A stretch of DNA of 64,000 nt from contig DATFDL010000776.1 of the NCBI GenBank assembly GCA_035252155.1, positions 1,392 to 65,391 of the forward strand. Direction: 5' to 3'. The notes under the pieces were generated by a model. The model was not told the DNA's origin. It saw only the letters and a program-made list of their open reading frames with translations, and searched no databases. The position numbers and the translations under genes were made by a program. The stretch is from Pirellulales bacterium. GTDB taxonomy: Bacteria; Planctomycetota; Planctomycetia; Pirellulales; JAICIG01. Of this stretch, positions 1 through 7,914 are shown piece by piece; positions within the stretch are counted from its first letter, which is position 1, and each line of letters opens with the position of its first letter.

Positions 1-903
1 GAGCGTGCCGCCGCGAAACAAGGCGCCGTCGCCGGCCACGCGATACGGTTCTCGCTGCTTGCCGCCGAGAAAATCGTAGAACCGCACTTGCATGACCTCT
101 TCGGGATTTTCGGAGACTTCGCCGAGCTCGCCCAAGGTGACGTTTTCGGTGAAGCCGATGCTGCTGTAGGCGGTCGAGCCGCGCGGCCGCCAGGGGGCCT
201 TTTTGCCCAGCCGTGGCAGACCGAGGAACCAAACCGACGACAAGAAGACGGTGGCCGTGGCAATCCAGACGATCTGCCGCGCGAAGCTCCAGGTGAGGCC
301 GCTCTCGAGGCCGCGGGCCGGTTGCAGCCCAGAGAAGAACGCCGCCCGATCGGCCAGGGGCCAACGCCGGCCGTCGTGCGCGGCGGCGTCGGCGGCGAGC
401 GATGGCCCGCCGGCGGTCGGCCGCGGCTCGGCGTATTTCGACTGCTCGCGATGCAGCACGAACAGGGCCATCGTCACCAGCCCCACAAACAGATAGACCG
501 GCAGCAGCATGCCGAAGGCGATGTTCAAGTTCAAAGCGCTGGCCACCGCCACCTGCAGCAGGCTGAGCAGCAACAACAACCAATAGTTGCGGATGTTTTT
601 CTTGCGGTAGTGCAGCACGAACTGCAGATAGATGAGCAGGTTGGCCAGAGCCAGCAACTGGCTTTCGGCCGCGTAGCCGTTCCAATCGCGGATGGTAATC
701 GCCAGGGCCACCAGGCCGGCCAGATTCGCGACCAGCGTATTGAGCTCGAGCCAACCCCGCGCGTCGGTGATATAGACCGAGCTGGCCGCCACGATCACGG
801 CCAGCACGGGCAGGGTGACGTTGCGTTCGCCCATGCCGAGCAACAACGTGCCCAGCGACGTCAGGGCCGCCATGTTGATCTGGAGTAGTCGCTCGACTTT
901 CAT
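1..903 (-). CDS. Transglutaminase-like (TgpA/DUF3488-type) membrane protein, N-terminal part; gene runs off the left edge
   Basis: My translation of the minus strand from ATG (903..901) stays open to position 1 (301 codons). It is absent from the ORF track because there is no stop in the window. Sequence MKVERLLQINMAALTSLG... has several hydrophobic helices, then ...ENVTLGELGEVSENPEEVMQVRFYD...ALFRGGTL. It lies directly downstream of the MoxR and DUF58 genes, the usual MoxR-DUF58-transglutaminase triad. Confidence 0.55.
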   Translation of the reverse strand, partial: MKVERLLQINMAALTSLGTLLLGMGERNVTLPVLAVIVAASSVYITDARGWLELNTLVANLAGLVALAITIRDWNGYAAESQLLALANLLIYLQFVLHYRKKNIRNYWLLLLLSLLQVAVASALNLNIAFGMLLPVYLFVGLVTMALFVLHREQSKYAEPRPTAGGPSLAADAAAHDGRRWPLADRAAFFSGLQPARGLESGLTWSFARQIVWIATATVFLSSVWFLGLPRLGKKAPWRPRGSTAYSSIGFTENVTLGELGEVSENPEEVMQVRFYDFLGGKQREPYRVAGDGALFRGGTL

Positions 904-912
904 CGTAGTTTT

Positions 913-964
913 GTCGCCTTTCGCTCCGCGAAAGTAGCGCTGCTTTCGCGGAGCGAAAGAAGAC
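913..964. repeat. Palindromic REP-like doublet (class D: GTCGCCTTTCGCTCCGCGAA)
   Basis: CTTTCGCTCCGCGAAAG-TAGCGCTG-CTTTCGCGGAGCGAAAG inverted pair between two genes. The 20-nt left unit recurs exactly at 21562 and 45451. Confidence 0.7.
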
Positions 965-965
965 A

Positions 966-2192
966 TTATTCGATCCGAAAAAACTCTCCGAGGCTCGCGT
1001 CGCCGGTGTCGAACGTTCGCACCTTGGTCAGCCAGGCACGGCGGCGCGGGTCGCGCCAGATCTCGCCGAACCGTCGCTGGTCGTTCAAGTATACCGGGTG
1101 CGTCGAGACCACCACCACCTGGGTGCCCCGCCGAATGCGGTCGAGCACGTTCGACAGGGTGCTCTGCAGGTCGTCGCGCGAGGCCGGCTCGCTCAGCGCG
1201 AGCCGCCGCATGACTTCGTGCAGCATGGCTGTCGACGTCGGTCCGCTTTCGAGCCACGGCTCGCGGCCGTTTGCGGCCACATAGAGCCATCGCCCGCCGC
1301 CGCGGCAGAGATCGGCCACGACCGTGGCCACGAAACTGACGGCCAGCTCAACCGCGTCGGCCTGGTCGGGCCGGGGCTGATCGGGTTGCCACAGGTCGAG
1401 CACCACGGCCAGGTCTTGATGCCGCTGCTGCTCGAACTGCCGAACCACGGGCGTCTGGCGGCGGGCGCTGGTGCGCCAGTGCAGCCAGCGGCGGCTGTCG
1501 CCGCTGCGCCAGTCGCGCAGCCCATAGAATTCGCCCTCATGCAAACCCTGCCGCCGCGAGGTTTTGCCCGAACCCGCCTCGGCCGCTTGCTCCAACCGCT
1601 TCCAGCCGTGCAGCAGCCGGCCCACCCGCGGAAACACAATCAGCGAGTCGTATTGATCGGTGATCATGCGATAGTGAAACAGTCCCAGTGGAAACCGAGC
1701 CGAGACTTGCAAGGGACCGAAGCGGTAACGGCCGCGTTCGACCAGCCGCCCGCGGTAGCTGGCGGTCCGCGATTGCCCTGCCGGCAGATAAGAAACGAGC
1801 GTTTGGGCCAGCAGCGGCGATCGCCGCCGGCCGCTCGACTCGCGCACGATGCGGTCGGTGATCTCCAACGCCCAGCTCGGCAAGCGGCGGCGGCGATTGA
1901 CCGCCGTGAACTCGACCACCAGCAGGTCGCCGGCCGAGATCGAATCGGGCAAGCGACGCCGCACTTCGATTTTGCGCAGCATCTTTTTGACGATCCGCCA
2001 GCACATCACCATCGCCCCGGCGAGCATGCCGAACAAGATCATTAGCAGGTTGATCTGCCGCGTGATCGCTCCGGCCAAAATAAAGGCGGCGATGCCCAGA
2101 TAGCACCAGCCCTCGAAGGTGAGCGAGATGCGATAGCGCGTCCGCGGCGCCGATCGGGCGGACGAGCGAACAGATAACCGGCGCAGCAGCAT
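966..2192 (-). CDS. DUF58 domain protein (MoxR-associated, vWA-like)
   Basis: 408 aa with N-terminal TM helices and the DUF58 signature region YGLRDWRSGDSRRWLHWRTSARRQTPVVRQFE. Same strand as the MoxR gene. Confidence 0.8.
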   Translation of the reverse strand: MLLRRLSVRSSARSAPRTRYRISLTFEGWCYLGIAAFILAGAITRQINLLMILFGMLAGAMVMCWRIVKKMLRKIEVRRRLPDSISAGDLLVVEFTAVNRRRRLPSWALEITDRIVRESSGRRRSPLLAQTLVSYLPAGQSRTASYRGRLVERGRYRFGPLQVSARFPLGLFHYRMITDQYDSLIVFPRVGRLLHGWKRLEQAAEAGSGKTSRRQGLHEGEFYGLRDWRSGDSRRWLHWRTSARRQTPVVRQFEQQRHQDLAVVLDLWQPDQPRPDQADAVELAVSFVATVVADLCRGGGRWLYVAANGREPWLESGPTSTAMLHEVMRRLALSEPASRDDLQSTLSNVLDRIRRGTQVVVVSTHPVYLNDQRRFGEIWRDPRRRAWLTKVRTFDTGDASLGEFFRIE

Positions 2193-2292
2193 GAGAGGCG
2201 TTCGCCAGGCCCGAGAGGTGTATAGCGGTTACTCGTATTGTAGGCCGGCATACGAGTGCGATGTCAAGGGCCTAGAGGGGAGCGTTATGCGG

Positions 2293-2755
2293 TCAGAGTT
2301 GGTCTGCCATATCACGCAGTTTTGCGACTGTCTTTGAGAGAGACTGTTTCTCGAGCGAATCAAGGAACTCGTCTACTGATTTCCGCGGCTTCTTCAAGTT
2401 CGCGCGCTGCCGCCTGGCTGCCGTACATACTAAATCTGGCGCGGACTGGAGTAGCTTCACGATAAAGTCGTCTGGGTGATCGGCCCTGATCTGATACGTG
2501 TCCAAGGTTTCCGCCGGGAAGTCCCGTAAGTCAAACGTTACGATAATATCCGCATTGCAGGTGACGGCCGCTGCTAAAACATGGCGGTCGTCCGGATGGA
2601 CGAGCGGCCAGCAGGTTGCTGATCCACTCTTCATGAATCCGTTCCGTCCACTTGGCGCGAAACAGGCCCGTTAGCGCCAGATGCATCAGGAGATCGCGAA
2701 GCGGGGCTGGGTAGAGAACGCAGGCGTCGTAAATCGCGATAAACTGGGCCCCCGT
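2293..2755 (-). pseudogene. Decayed PIN-domain toxin (internal deletion plus frameshift)
   Basis: Track ORF 2293..2634 holds the C-terminal PIN half (HPDDRHVLAAAVTCNADIIVTFDLRDFP). My translation of 2755..2640 in another frame gives the N-terminal half (FIAIYDACVLYPAPLRDLLMHLALTGLFRAKWTERIHEEWISNLLAARP). About 45 residues normally lie between the halves and are missing here. No canonical start codon precedes the N-terminal half. Confidence 0.6.
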
Positions 2756-2938
2756 TCAATAGCCCATATCCAGTTCTTGAGCCTGGGCAGCCAATTCTTC
2801 GAGGGCCTTCAGGCGCTCCCGATTTTTTTCATCGGTCTCGCCTGGCAAGGGAACGATCGTCACTTGCGTCCCTTCCGGCAGCGCCGCACCATTGATGAAG
2901 ACAACGACGCCGTCTTGTACCTTGCCTTGATAAGTCAT
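2756..2938 (-). CDS. Small antitoxin-like protein (DUF104/AF2212-like)
   Basis: 60 aa, MTYQGKVQDGVVVFINGAALPEGTQVTIVPL..., matching the short xGVxx...LPEGTxVxI antitoxin pattern. Its stop abuts the PIN remnant. Confidence 0.5.
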   Translation of the reverse strand: MTYQGKVQDGVVVFINGAALPEGTQVTIVPLPGETDEKNRERLKALEELAAQAQELDMGY

Positions 2939-3006
2939 CGTGGTAAGCCTCTCTCCAAGTCGGCACTCTCAGCTTTATTTTAATGCCACTGGTCGCATTG
3001 CGGCAA

Positions 3007-3951
3007 CTAGGCCGGCACGGGCAGGTCGTCAACCAGTCGCTGGATGAGGGCCTCGACGGCGCCGCGCTGGCTGCCGTGTAGATAACCCTTGGTGATGACG
3101 CGGTGGGCCAACACCGGCACCGCCAATCGCTTGACGTCGTCGGGCACCACGTAGTCGCGGCCCTCGATCAACGCCAGCGACTGGCACGCGCGGTATAAGC
3201 ACAACGCCCCGCGCGTGCTCGCCCCCACGTGCAGCTCGTCGCAGTTGCGCGTCGCTTCGACGATATCGAGCAAATAATCGTGAATCGACTCGTCGACGCT
3301 GATCTGACGCACCGCCTGTTGCAGGTTCGACACCTGAGTGCAGTCGAGCACGGGAGTCAATTCATCGACCGGCTCGCCCTGACGATGAATCGTCAACACC
3401 TGCAGCTCGTCCTCGCGATCGGGATAGCCCACGCTGATCCGCAGCAAAAACCGGTCGAGTTGGCTTTCGGGCAAGGGATACGTGCCTTCGAACTCAAATG
3501 GGTTCTGCGTGGCGATCACCAGAAACGGCCGGGGCAAATGATGCGTAGTGCCATCGATCGAAACCTGGCTGTCGCTCATGGCTTCCAGCAGGGCGCTTTG
3601 GGTGCGCGGGGTGGTGCGATTGATCTCATCGGCCAGCACGATATTGGCGAAGATCGGGCCGGGGCTGAAATAAAACTCGGCCGTCTTGGCGTTAAAGACG
3701 CTGCTGCCCACGATGTCGCTGGGCAGCAGGTCGGGCGTGAACTGAATGCGGCAAAATTTGGCGGCGATGCTTCTGGCCAGGGCCTTGCCAATCAGCGTTT
3801 TGCCCACGCCCGGCACGTCTTCGAGCAAGATATGCTCGCCCGCCAAGAGGGCCACCATGCAGAGCCGAACGACGCCGGGCTTGCCGAGCACCACTTTGGC
3901 CATGTTGGCCTCCAGTTCGCCGACCAGGCTCTGGAGTTCCGCGGTCATCAA
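3007..3951 (-). CDS. MoxR-family AAA+ ATPase
   Basis: 314 aa with Walker A LLEDVPGVGKT and Walker B IVLADEINR, followed by TPRTQSALLEAM and the typical MoxR C-terminal region. Confidence 0.9.
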   Translation of the reverse strand: MMTAELQSLVGELEANMAKVVLGKPGVVRLCMVALLAGEHILLEDVPGVGKTLIGKALARSIAAKFCRIQFTPDLLPSDIVGSSVFNAKTAEFYFSPGPIFANIVLADEINRTTPRTQSALLEAMSDSQVSIDGTTHHLPRPFLVIATQNPFEFEGTYPLPESQLDRFLLRISVGYPDREDELQVLTIHRQGEPVDELTPVLDCTQVSNLQQAVRQISVDESIHDYLLDIVEATRNCDELHVGASTRGALCLYRACQSLALIEGRDYVVPDDVKRLAVPVLAHRVITKGYLHGSQRGAVEALIQRLVDDLPVPA

Positions 3952-4035
3952 TCGCTCCGTGTTCCTTGGTAGTCCCGGCCCTTGTGGCCGGCTTTCCGGC
4001 CTTCAATATAGCCTAACGCCCCCGCGGCTGCTGGG

Positions 4036-4677
4036 CTATGGTTCGCTCAGCCAGGTCCGCCGGCCGTCGGCACGCAGACGCCCCGAGGCGATCCAACGCA
4101 GGGCCTCGGGATAGGCCGCGCACTCGGCTGCGAACACACGGGCGGCCAGCGTTTCGGCCGTGTCGCCGTCGAGCACCGGCACCGGACGCTGCAGCAAGAT
4201 CGGCCCGTGGTCGTATTGGTTGTCGACAAAATGCACGGTGCAGCCGCTGACTTTCGCCCCGTAATCGAGCACGGCTTGGTGAACGTGCGGCCCGAAAAAA
4301 CCCTGCCCGCAAAAGGCCGGAATCAACGCTGGGTGAATGTTGACGACGCGCCACTCAAAGTCGGGCGGAATGGGCACGAACTTGAGAAAGCCGCCCATCA
4401 CGACGATGTCGGGGTTTGCCAGCCGGCAGGCCTCGAAAACCGCCTGGCCAAAGCCCGCGTCGTCGGCATGGTCCCGCCGCTGGATCACGCGGGTGGTGAT
4501 GCCGGCCGCATGCGCGTGCTCCAGACCGCTCGCCGATGGATTGCTGGAAATGACCAGCTCGATGCGAGCGTCGAGCCGGCCCGCGGCCATCTGGTCGAGC
4601 AGGTTGCGCAGCGTCGTGCCGCCGCCCGAAATCAGCACCACCAGCCTCAGCGGCGAACGCCGCGGAAAGTCGAGCAT
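4036..4677 (-). CDS. purN: Phosphoribosylglycinamide formyltransferase
   Basis: Motifs LVVLISGGGTTLRNL, NIHPALIP and GCTVHFVDNQYDHGPI. Start trimmed to MLDF (ATG 4677..4675), which overlaps the upstream stop as TGATG. Confidence 0.85.
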   Translation of the reverse strand: MLDFPRRSPLRLVVLISGGGTTLRNLLDQMAAGRLDARIELVISSNPSASGLEHAHAAGITTRVIQRRDHADDAGFGQAVFEACRLANPDIVVMGGFLKFVPIPPDFEWRVVNIHPALIPAFCGQGFFGPHVHQAVLDYGAKVSGCTVHFVDNQYDHGPILLQRPVPVLDGDTAETLAARVFAAECAAYPEALRWIASGRLRADGRRTWLSEP

Positions 4678-5930
4678 CACGTGCCACTCGCTCGCACGTC
4701 GTAGCAGAACAGCTTGTCTTGATCGCGCAAATAGAGCCGCCCGTCGGCCACCACCGGGTGGGGCCAAGCCGCGCGATCGCTGCGCTGCGGCTGTTCGAAC
4801 CGCCCCGCCAACTCAAACTGCTCGGGCGTGGCCCGCACCAGGCTCACCAGGCCCTGCTCGCTCCGGCAATAGAGCATGCCGTCGGCGTAGACCAGCGAGC
4901 ACTTGCCGCAACTGCGCTCGCGCCATTTGACCTCGCCGCTGGCGAAGTCGAGACAGGTGAGCACGCCCGGATCGTCGCAGCCATACAGATAGCCATCGAC
5001 CAGCACGAGCCCGCCGTGATGGTTTTTCATCTCCTTGGTGAAATAGGCCTGCTCGGCGTCGAATTTCCGGCCTTTCTTTTTCAATCGCACCAGGCCGCCA
5101 CCGGCGCCGTAGCCCGACGCGGCAAAGACGCTGTCGTCGCTGAAGACAGGCGTGGCGACGTTGGCGGTGCCATTGGCCGGCGCGTCGTAGCGCCACAGCA
5201 GTTGGCCGTTTTTGCCACTCACGCCAATCACGCCTTGCTTGGTGAACTGCACATATTGTTTGACGCCGCCGGCCTCGATGGCGATGATCGACGAGTAATC
5301 GGCGGTGTCGCCGATTTTCGATTGCCACGCCCGCTTGCCGTTGGTTTTGTTCAAGGCCAACACTGTGGCCGCTTGTCCGCCGGGCGTGCAGAGCACCCAA
5401 GGGCCATCGACCAACACCGATTCGGAATAGCCCCAGCCGCCCACCTGCCCGTCGAAGTCGGCCACCAGGTCGTGCCGCCAGATGGGCTTGCCTCGCTCGG
5501 CATCGAGACAGACCAGGTCGCCGGCCAGGCCGAGGGCGTAGACTCGGTTGCCATCGACCGTCGGCGTGCTGCGCGGGCCGGGGTAGCCGCCACCTTGGTG
5601 CCGCACGTCGCCCACCACCGCGAGCCAGGCGGCATCGCCCTGCGCGGTGCGGTCGAGCGCGAGCACCAACTCCTTGCCATCGCGGTTGCCCATCACATAA
5701 ATAAGATCTCCGACCACGCTAGGGGTCGAAAAACCCTCGCCCAAGCCGGTGGCGGTCCAGAGCAGTTGGGGACCGCCGTCGGGCCACGTGGCGAGCAGCC
5801 CGGTTTCGGCCGAGCGGCCGTTGCGCTGTGGACCGCGCCAGCCGGGCCAATCGTGGGAGCTTTCGCCCGCACTGGCTGAAGCGACAATGAATATGCAGAG
5901 CAGAATGAAACCGGAGGCGAGGCGAGGCAT
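4677..5930 (-). CDS. Secreted PQQ-like beta-propeller repeat protein (BamB-like fold)
   Basis: Signal peptide MPRLASGFILLCIFIVASASA, then DWPGWRGPQRNGRS and repeated propeller blades. Start trimmed to ATG at 5930. Confidence 0.8.
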   Translation of the reverse strand: MPRLASGFILLCIFIVASASAGESSHDWPGWRGPQRNGRSAETGLLATWPDGGPQLLWTATGLGEGFSTPSVVGDLIYVMGNRDGKELVLALDRTAQGDAAWLAVVGDVRHQGGGYPGPRSTPTVDGNRVYALGLAGDLVCLDAERGKPIWRHDLVADFDGQVGGWGYSESVLVDGPWVLCTPGGQAATVLALNKTNGKRAWQSKIGDTADYSSIIAIEAGGVKQYVQFTKQGVIGVSGKNGQLLWRYDAPANGTANVATPVFSDDSVFAASGYGAGGGLVRLKKKGRKFDAEQAYFTKEMKNHHGGLVLVDGYLYGCDDPGVLTCLDFASGEVKWRERSCGKCSLVYADGMLYCRSEQGLVSLVRATPEQFELAGRFEQPQRSDRAAWPHPVVADGRLYLRDQDKLFCYDVRASGT

Positions 5931-6068
5931 GGTGAGGGCGGTTCCAACGGTCCGGGGTAAAATGCAGTTTTCGCACACGGCCCCGGGGGTTGCAAGGCAT
6001 TGCAATCGGTGGCCGTCGAATTACGCTAGAAAGAATAGGTCTGTTGTTTTTCTGCCGAGGTTGCACCG

Positions 6069-6557
6069 ATGATTGCCCGTCTTCCGTTGTTGCGTTGCGC
6101 GGTTTATCCCGCGGCGCTGATTCTTGCCGCGTGGGCCGGGCGGGCCGAAGCCCAGTCGCCGCACTTGGGCGGCATGGCGGGCGGAACCGGGGGCTTTGCC
6201 GGCGGCATGCCCGGCATGGGTAACATGCCGGGACTCAGCCCGTTTTTTTTCAACCCGTTCAGCGGAAATGGCGGCATGTCGATGGCTGGCAATGGCGGCG
6301 GCCAGATGATGCAGCAGCAGATGATGGCGATGCAGATGATGATGATGGCCGGCATGGCGGGCGGATACGGGGGCGGCGGTATGAGCCCCGGTATGTATCC
6401 CGGCATGATGCCGCAGATGATGGGCGGAGGCTTCGCCGACGATCCTGACGAACAACCTAAGCCGAAGCGCCGCATTCGCCGAGCGCCCCGCGCCGACGCC
6501 GGCAAGCAAAAAGCCAAGCCCGTCAAGCAGGCGGCCGCGAAGAAACGACGCCGATAA
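6069..6557 (+). CDS. Secreted Met/Gly/Gln-rich low-complexity protein with Lys/Arg-rich tail
   Basis: Signal peptide MIARLPLLRCAVYPAALILAAWAGRAEA. About 100 residues carry 22 Met (…GQMMQQQMMAMQMMMMAGMAGG…). The tail reads KPKRRIRRAP...KKRRR. Third codon positions are mostly G/C, and GAGG lies about 10 nt upstream of the ATG. Confidence 0.6.
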   Translation: MIARLPLLRCAVYPAALILAAWAGRAEAQSPHLGGMAGGTGGFAGGMPGMGNMPGLSPFFFNPFSGNGGMSMAGNGGGQMMQQQMMAMQMMMMAGMAGGYGGGGMSPGMYPGMMPQMMGGGFADDPDEQPKPKRRIRRAPRADAGKQKAKPVKQAAAKKRRR

Positions 6558-6690
6558 AGGGTTCAAACAAGGGTTCAGGGTTCAGGGTTCAGAACTTTCG
6601 TTCAGGGCATGCCGGTCGGTGCTAACCATGAACGTCCGCACAAAAATGCTGAACCCTGAACCCTGAACCCTCCGCGAACCCTGAACCCTT
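6558..6690. repeat. Heptamer-armed palindromic element, copy 1: (GGGTTCA)n - core - (TGAACCC)n
   Basis: AAGGGTTCAAACAAGGGTTCAGGGTTCAGGGTTCAG, a 56-nt core, then CTGAACCCTGAACCCTGAACCCTCCGCGAACCCTGAACCC. It starts right after the stop of the upstream gene and ends 19 nt before the trpD ATG. Confidence 0.85.
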
Positions 6691-6708
6691 TGTGAGCTCT
6701 GGAACGCC

Positions 6709-7701
6709 ATGCGGCCTCTCGACCGCGACCTGTCGATGGACGAGATGTCGGCCGCCATCGACGGCATCATGCGGGGCGAGTGGCCGCAAGAGGAGATCGC
6801 TTCGCTCTTATTGGCGCTGCACCACAAGGGCGAAACCGTCGATGAGATCGCCGGGGCCGCGGCCGCCCTGCGGCGGCACATGACGCCGATCCGCGGTCGC
6901 CGCAGCGGCATCGTGGACACCTGCGGGACCGGCGGCAACGCTTCGAGCCTGTTCAATATTAGCACGGCGGCCGCACTGGTCACGGCCGCGGCCGGGGTGC
7001 CCGTGGCCAAGCACGGCAATCGACGGGTGACCAGCCGGAGCGGCTCGGCCGACGTGCTAGCCGAGTTGGGCGTCGAGGTGGCAGCGGACATCGACTGCGT
7101 CACGGCTTGTCTCGACGAACTGGGCATCTGTTTTTGCTTCGCGCCGCTCTGTCACGGCGCGATGAAGCAAGTCGCCGAAGTCCGCCGGCAGTTGGGCGTG
7201 CCGACCATTTTCAACTTGTTAGGGCCGCTGACCAACCCCGCCGGCGCCGAATATCAATTGCTGGGCGTCGGCCGAGACGAGCTGCGATCGCGGCTGGCGG
7301 CCGCCTTGGCCAGGCTCGGGGGCAAACGCGCGTTGGTGGTGCATGGGTCGGACGGGCTGGGAGAAATAACCCTGGCCGGCGAAACGCACGTCACCGAAGT
7401 TCGCGACGGCGAATTGCGCGAATACACGCTGATGCCTGACGATTTCGGCCTTCGCCAAGCCGACCTCGAAGCGGCGCGTGTCGATGGGCCGGCGGCCAGC
7501 GCCGCGATTGTTCGCACCGTCTTGGCCGGCGTGGCGGGGCCGGCCCGCGAGGTGGTGCTGCTCAACGCGGCGGCGGCCCTGTGGCTGGCGGACAAGACCG
7601 ACACGCTTCCCGGCGGCGTGGGGTTGGCTGCCGAGGCCATCGACTCGGGCGCAGCCCGTGAGCTGTTGGGCCGCCTCGTGGAACGGACGAACGCGCGATG
7701 A
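6709..7701 (+). CDS. trpD: Anthranilate phosphoribosyltransferase
   Basis: 330 aa with GTGGNASSLFNISTAAA and KHGNRRVTSRSGSADVLAELG motifs. Confidence 0.9.
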   Translation: MRPLDRDLSMDEMSAAIDGIMRGEWPQEEIASLLLALHHKGETVDEIAGAAAALRRHMTPIRGRRSGIVDTCGTGGNASSLFNISTAAALVTAAAGVPVAKHGNRRVTSRSGSADVLAELGVEVAADIDCVTACLDELGICFCFAPLCHGAMKQVAEVRRQLGVPTIFNLLGPLTNPAGAEYQLLGVGRDELRSRLAAALARLGGKRALVVHGSDGLGEITLAGETHVTEVRDGELREYTLMPDDFGLRQADLEAARVDGPAASAAIVRTVLAGVAGPAREVVLLNAAAALWLADKTDTLPGGVGLAAEAIDSGAARELLGRLVERTNAR

Positions 7702-7711
7702 GGGCTCGCCG

Positions 7712-7838
7712 AGGGTTCAGGGTTCAGGGTTCAGGGTTCAGTACTTTGTTCCACCATTTATGGTCGGCGCCGACCACCAAGCCGTGAACGAAAGTTCTGA
7801 ACCCTGAACCCTGAACCCTCGCGTCCCCATGAACCCTT
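7712..7838. repeat. Heptamer-armed palindromic element, copy 2 (core inverted relative to copy 1)
   Basis: GAGGGTTCAGGGTTCAGGGTTCAGGGTTCAG, core, then CTGAACCCTGAACCCTGAACCCTC..CATGAACCC. The reverse complement of the core aligns to the copy 1 core (AACTTTCGTTCA...GGTCGG...ACAAA), roughly two thirds identical by eye. Confidence 0.85.
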
Positions 7839-7914
7839 CCGTTGCTTGACGACGGCCGCGCTCTAGCCGACAATCGCCAAGAACAAGCTTTAGCACCGTT
7901 TGGACCACGAATCT

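Noticed and set aside
88-888. 266-aa plus-strand ORF at the left edge
   Set aside because: It is antisense to an open minus-strand frame with a convincing membrane-protein translation (TgpA-like). Its Arg/Gly/Gln/His-rich composition is typical of spurious high-GC ORFs.
6021-6566. 181-aa minus-strand His/Leu-rich ORF (HHHLHRHHLLLHHL)
   Set aside because: It mirrors the Met-rich plus-strand gene (CAT is the complement of ATG). The plus strand has the signal peptide, GC-rich third positions and an SD-like GAGG, so the minus ORF is taken as an artefact.
6558-7838. Possibility that the short tandem arrays are a CRISPR array
   Set aside because: The units are only 7-8 nt and directly abutting, with no unique spacers, no 25-40 nt repeats and no cas genes.
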